From: a bacterium
Lineage (GTDB): Bacteria > Zhuqueibacterota > Zhuqueibacteria > Oceanimicrobiales > Oceanimicrobiaceae
Direction of reading: 5' to 3'
NCBI GenBank assembly: GCA_046757525.1
Contig: JBHHYI010000083.1
Location: forward strand, 1-18,576
Length of the DNA stretch: 18,576 nt
Below the pieces are notes generated by a model. The model saw only the letters and a list, made by a program, of their open reading frames with translations, was not told the origin of the DNA and did no database searches. This document shows, one piece after another, positions 14,656 through 18,576 of this stretch. Position 1 is the stretch's first letter. The number at the start of each line of letters is the position of its first letter. Position numbers and translations under genes: made by a program.

Positions 14656-15978
14656 ATGAACGACCAGATATTTGTGGTCACAAAAAACTCCGAAGTCTAC
14701 GAGCTTTTCGAGGACCGCATTAAACAGTTTGAGTGTGATTTCTTTTTTGTCGGCAGCCAAAGCGAAGCAATATCTTTCTTTGAGAATTTTAGACCGTTAT
14801 TTGTCATAATAGAAATTAGTGCAGAAGACTTAGGTACCAAACTGAGGCGATTCAAAGAGGACAACATTCGATTTCGGCATACCCCGTTCTTGTTCATTTG
14901 CGAGCAACATTTAAGGCCTGACAAAATCTTGAGAATCCTGGAGCGTGTTGATGATTATTTGATCAGGCCCGTCCGAGACGAGGAATTGGAAACCCACGTC
15001 ATAAACATGATCAGGCGCCAAAAAAAAATAGACAAGCATTCAGGTTTGTTCCGACTGAACCATGAAGAGCTATTGTTTAATGAAGTCACCAAGCGGCTCA
15101 ATGAGATATTCATTAACGTTCGAAACTCGCAACACGTCGACCTGTTTGGCGTGCAAAAATTGGCAAAGAAGTTGGTGAACAAGACGCTGCAGGGTGACTA
15201 TTTTCAACTCATGGCTCTCACGAACAATGTGAAGTCTTCAATTGTGATGACAGCTATTCGGGTTGCTACTTTTGCAATCCTCGTGGGTAGAAGCATAAGA
15301 TATTCATTGGATGATTTGCAAGAGTTAGGGATTGCGGCCTTGTTGCACGACATCGGCTATTTGAGGTTGCCACAGGATATTATGACCCAATATAAGACAA
15401 GCCAAAACCAACAAATCCCAGTAATCCAAAGGCACCCACTTCTTGGATTCGAGTTGATAAACGAAGCAACAGCCGTGCATGGGATAGAGGGTTTCGAAAG
15501 AGTCGCGCAAACCGTCTGTCAGACACATGAAAGAGAAGGGGGGGGCGGATTTCCCCACGGGTTAGCAGGCGACGATATCCAGGAGTTTGCCAAGATCATC
15601 GGTTTGAGCGAAACCTTTGTTGCTTTCATCGATGAACACCAGACAGGCAAAAGTGCGAACACTTTCAATGCTTTGCAGAAAATAATATGCCTTGCCGATC
15701 GCCATTTTCCCGCCAATCTGAAACGAGCGCTAATAAGAAGCATATCCATCTATCCGTTAGGCACGTTTGTGAAGCTCAACACCGGCGAAAAGGGAAAAGT
15801 CGTTAAGACCAATCCGGCTAATCCCACACGGCCCATCGTTGAATTGTTATACGACTCTGAAAGCAAACCCTACATATTTCCTATTAGAAAAAACTTAGTG
15901 GATCATCCGTTTTCTTTTATTACTCACATCGTGGCGGAAGACAGCCTTCCCATTGTCGATAAAGTATTTACTCTCTAA
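14656..15978 (+). CDS. HD-GYP domain protein with an N-terminal pseudo-receiver domain; probably catalytically degenerate
   Basis: LGIAALLHDIG, IQRHPLLG, QTHEREGGGGFPHGLAGDDI and C-terminal IYPLGTFVKLNTGEKGKVV. N-terminal REC-like RPLFVIIEI...TPFLFI...DDYLIRP. ATG 14656 has an AAGGA RBS; 14575 is the alternative start. Confidence 0.85.
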   Translation: MNDQIFVVTKNSEVYELFEDRIKQFECDFFFVGSQSEAISFFENFRPLFVIIEISAEDLGTKLRRFKEDNIRFRHTPFLFICEQHLRPDKILRILERVDDYLIRPVRDEELETHVINMIRRQKKIDKHSGLFRLNHEELLFNEVTKRLNEIFINVRNSQHVDLFGVQKLAKKLVNKTLQGDYFQLMALTNNVKSSIVMTAIRVATFAILVGRSIRYSLDDLQELGIAALLHDIGYLRLPQDIMTQYKTSQNQQIPVIQRHPLLGFELINEATAVHGIEGFERVAQTVCQTHEREGGGGFPHGLAGDDIQEFAKIIGLSETFVAFIDEHQTGKSANTFNALQKIICLADRHFPANLKRALIRSISIYPLGTFVKLNTGEKGKVVKTNPANPTRPIVELLYDSESKPYIFPIRKNLVDHPFSFITHIVAEDSLPIVDKVFTL

Positions 15979-15983
15979 GAAAG

Positions 15984-16403
15984 ATGCCTGGAATGATGAA
16001 ATCATCTTGTGACATGCCGACAAAAAAAATCTTGGTCATCGACGACGAGCCAAGTATATGCAGGTTGCTGGTCAAGTTCCTTAGGCAGGAGGGTTATGAG
16101 GCGGCTTCTGCTAAAGATGCTCAGGAAGCGCTTGCCTATCTGAGCACTGAAAAACCTGATGTTATATTCTTAGACATAAAACTGCCCGGGATTGACGGCA
16201 TCGACATCCTAAAAATGATCAAGAAGCAAGAGAAGGGGATTTCGGTCGTCATGATTTCAGGACATGCTTCTGAAAATACTGCCAGAGATTCCTTGATCTT
16301 AGGGGCCTTCGAGTATATCAACAAACCTATCGACTTAATGCGCGTGAGAGATGTTCTAGTACGCATTCAAATTAATGAATATGCTAATGGCGGTATTCTA
16401 TGA
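15984..16403 (+). CDS. Single-domain response regulator (NtrC-type receiver)
   Basis: KILVIDDE, PDVIFLDIKLPGIDG, VVMISGH, GAFEYINKP. The true start may be ATG 16014. Its stop overlaps the kinase start (ATGA). Confidence 0.92.
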   Translation: MPGMMKSSCDMPTKKILVIDDEPSICRLLVKFLRQEGYEAASAKDAQEALAYLSTEKPDVIFLDIKLPGIDGIDILKMIKKQEKGISVVMISGHASENTARDSLILGAFEYINKPIDLMRVRDVLVRIQINEYANGGIL

Positions 16404-17974
16404 AAGTTGCCGAACTCGAAGGTCTTCTTGAGTTTTCGAGAAACATAACTTCGGTAATAAACGAAGACGAACTTTTTTCGTTGGTGTTTAATGACCTGCG
16501 GGTAATCATGGAATTCGACCTGGCGTTCGCAATCGTGTATTCAGAACACTGCAACATTCTGTACCAATGCAACAGAATAAAGTTGCCCAGCCATACCGCA
16601 GAAAGAGCAAAAGACAGGTGTCTTAGCATTTTTAATGAACTGAACAACTTGAGTCTCAATGCGGATTGTTTCAAGGTTAAGGTTTTCAACCTGCCGAAGA
16701 AGGTGAATGATTTTCATGGAGCCTCAATTGAACTGAAATCCTTGCTGGTCGCAGAATTTCCTATACTCGACGGAGCTATTTTACTCTTTTCCAGACAAAA
16801 CGATGTGTACTCAGACGAGTCGAAAAAAATATTGAATGCAATAGCCGGCCAAATCAACAACACGCTACAAAGGCTCATGTACATGAAAAAAGTCGAAAAG
16901 ACCCGTTTGCAGGCTATCATAGAAAGCATGCAGGAAGGGGTCGTCATCCTCAATTTGAAGGGAGGCATCGTTTTGGTGAATCCGTCTGGGAAAGCCTTTC
17001 TAAAAATGCTCAAAGCCCCGTCAAAACCGGGCCAAAAGCTCAGGCAACTCGCGTCCCACTCCATTGTTGTCATGATGCGCGAACTTGACAGCAACGGCAG
17101 TGCCATTGCGGCGAAGCGATTTGTTCGCAGAGACATTTGCCTGCAAGGGGAAGAGCAGAAGATCATTTCCTTGACCTTGTCCGCCGTAAATGGCGCGGAA
17201 CTGGATCACGGCAGCTACATGTTGGTTTTTAGAGATATTACCGAAGAACGGACCGCCCAGGAGCAGCTTTTCATGACCACAAAACTGGCTTCGCTGGGAG
17301 AATTAGCAGCCGGGGTAGCCCACGAGATCAACAACCCGCTTACATCTGTCATGGGGTATGCGCAGCTTCACCTGATGAGTCAAGTGGATGCTGAATTGCG
17401 CGAGGATTTGCAGAGAATTTACGATGAAGGGAAACGCGCCCAGACCATTGTCAAGAGCCTGCTTGCCTTTGCCCGGGACCAAACTGATGAAGATGCCGAG
17501 ATGGACCTGAACCAGACGGTTGCGGAGGTTTTGAAACTGTTCGGCAAGCAATTAACCTTAAAAAATATTCGATTGATTACGCATTTCGAAGACAACCTGC
17601 CGAAGATTTATGGCAACTCCAATGAGATTCAACAAGTCGTGCTTAACCTTATTCAAAATGCTTGTGACGCCATATTTGATTCCCAAAAAGGTTCATTTAT
17701 TAAAATCGCTACCCGAAGAAAAGCAGGGGAGAGGTTGGAACTGTCTGTCGTAGATGACGGCCCGGGCATGCCGGAGAGCGTGCGGGAAAAAGCGTTTAAT
17801 CCATTTTTTACCACCAAAACCGCAGGCAAAGGTACTGGCTTAGGGTTGAGCATTAGCTACAAGATCATCAAAAAACATGGGGGTCAAATAGTCCTCAGAA
17901 GCTGGGAAGGGAAAGGCACCCGTTTTTGCATTGAGCTACCGATCATGCTGACGCCGAACCAAAGTGTCAACTGA
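16400..17974 (+). CDS. Cytoplasmic sensor histidine kinase (GAF-like, PAS, HisKA, HATPase; NtrB-like)
   Basis: H-box [17 protein letters not shown]-box [15 protein letters not shown]1 DDGPGM, F-box FNPFFTTK, G2 [23 protein letters not shown]...FRDITE; no evident transmembrane segment. Confidence 0.95.
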   Translation: MKVAELEGLLEFSRNITSVINEDELFSLVFNDLRVIMEFDLAFAIVYSEHCNILYQCNRIKLPSHTAERAKDRCLSIFNELNNLSLNADCFKVKVFNLPKKVNDFHGASIELKSLLVAEFPILDGAILLFSRQNDVYSDESKKILNAIAGQINNTLQRLMYMKKVEKTRLQAIIESMQEGVVILNLKGGIVLVNPSGKAFLKMLKAPSKPGQKLRQLASHSIVVMMRELDSNGSAIAAKRFVRRDICLQGEEQKIISLTLSAVNGAELDHGSYMLVFRDITEERTAQEQLFMTTKLASLGELAAGVAHEINNPLTSVMGYAQLHLMSQVDAELREDLQRIYDEGKRAQTIVKSLLAFARDQTDEDAEMDLNQTVAEVLKLFGKQLTLKNIRLITHFEDNLPKIYGNSNEIQQVVLNLIQNACDAIFDSQKGSFIKIATRRKAGERLELSVVDDGPGMPESVREKAFNPFFTTKTAGKGTGLGLSISYKIIKKHGGQIVLRSWEGKGTRFCIELPIMLTPNQSVN

Positions 17975-18065
17975 CCGCACCTTCGGCTGGCTTCCCAATC
18001 GACCTGCTTCGATCCCACCAACCAAGCCCTCCGGTTAAAATAGTCTTCTAATACTTTAAAATTAC

Positions 18066-18092
18066 TCAAGATACATCCGTAATAACCGATCT
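18066..18092 (+). promoter_or_regulatory. Putative sigma28 (FliA) promoter for the PAS-domain gene
   Basis: TCAAG-N14-ACCGATCT, with the same spacing as the site at 10062-10088. Confidence 0.55.
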
Positions 18093-18122
18093 TAGTTACA
18101 TGAGATCTGATGGTCGCGACCG

Positions 18123-18576
18123 ATGTTCGACAGACATGGTTCAACAAAGTCTAACCTTAAGCGCTGGAGAACTATTCTGAACAAAGAAGAAACTCACGCA
18201 GGAGTCGAAGAGATAGAGGCCTGTTGCAAGAAGAAGCCTGCGGTTTATCCCCAGGGGATCGAGCTGTTTCGGCTGCAAAGTGCGGCGCTCGAATCGGCTG
18301 CCAACGCAGTAGTCATTACCGACCGTGCCGGACACATCACCTGGGTCAATCGAGCCTTTACGCACTTGACCGGGTATGAGAGCGACGAGGTGGTGGGCCA
18401 AAAGCCGAATTTGCTCAAGTCTGGTGAACATGAACCGTCCTTTTACCAGAATCTTTGGCACACTATTCTCAATGGAAAGGCCTGGAGAGGTGAGATCATC
18501 AATAGGAGAAAAAACGGCAGCCTGTACACAGAAGAGCAGACCATAACGCCTGTGAGCAATGGTGCTGGAGAGGTTA
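18123..18576 (+). CDS. PAS-domain sensor protein, 5' part only (runs off the window; not in the ORF track)
   Basis: Frame is open from ATG 18123 (in-frame stop at 18108-18110) to the end: ...LQSAALESAANAVVITDRAGHITWVNRAFTHLTGYESDEVVGQKPNLLKSGEHEPSFYQNLWHTILNGKAWRGEIINRRKNGSLYTEEQTITPV, a typical PAS/PAC domain. The output domain is not visible. Confidence 0.9.
   Translation, partial: MFDRHGSTKSNLKRWRTILNKEETHAGVEEIEACCKKKPAVYPQGIELFRLQSAALESAANAVVITDRAGHITWVNRAFTHLTGYESDEVVGQKPNLLKSGEHEPSFYQNLWHTILNGKAWRGEIINRRKNGSLYTEEQTITPVSNGAGEV

Noticed and set aside
16380..16420. Frameshifted hybrid REC-kinase pseudogene
   Set aside because: The ATGA stop/start overlap is ordinary translational coupling, both products look complete and there is no slippery run; a homologue comparison would settle it.
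245..17853. Other short overlapping or antisense ORFs in the track
   Set aside because: All lie within or across well-supported + strand genes and show no family motifs.
18141..18461. 106-aa minus-strand ORF
   Set aside because: Antisense to a clear PAS-domain frame on the + strand.

Overview
All supported genes are on the + strand and fall into four blocks. (1) 185-9763: a tightly packed glycan-modification cluster (SAM methyltransferase, DegT-type aminotransferase, five glycosyltransferase-like proteins, three with TPR-like regions, and a sulfotransferase). Its position directly before fliS/fliD suggests a flagellin glycosylation island; flagellin itself is not in the window. It is bracketed by two palindromic non-coding elements: a four-way-junction REP-like structure at 1-100 and a 270-bp MITE-like element containing a REP doublet at 9771-10040. 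(2) 10138-12762: fliS-fliD-fliT-like-flgM behind a sigma28-like promoter. (3) 13122-17974: the most unusual block, an apparently sigma54-driven operon encoding a CheY-like receiver, a FliM with no neighbouring switch genes, a protein whose receiver and HD-GYP domains both look catalytically degenerate, a second receiver and a GAF-PAS NtrB-type histidine kinase. This is a candidate CheA-independent motor-control module. (4) From 18123: a PAS-domain gene truncated by the window end and absent from the ORF track, preceded by a second sigma28-like promoter. All calls come from motif recognition by eye; no searches were run.
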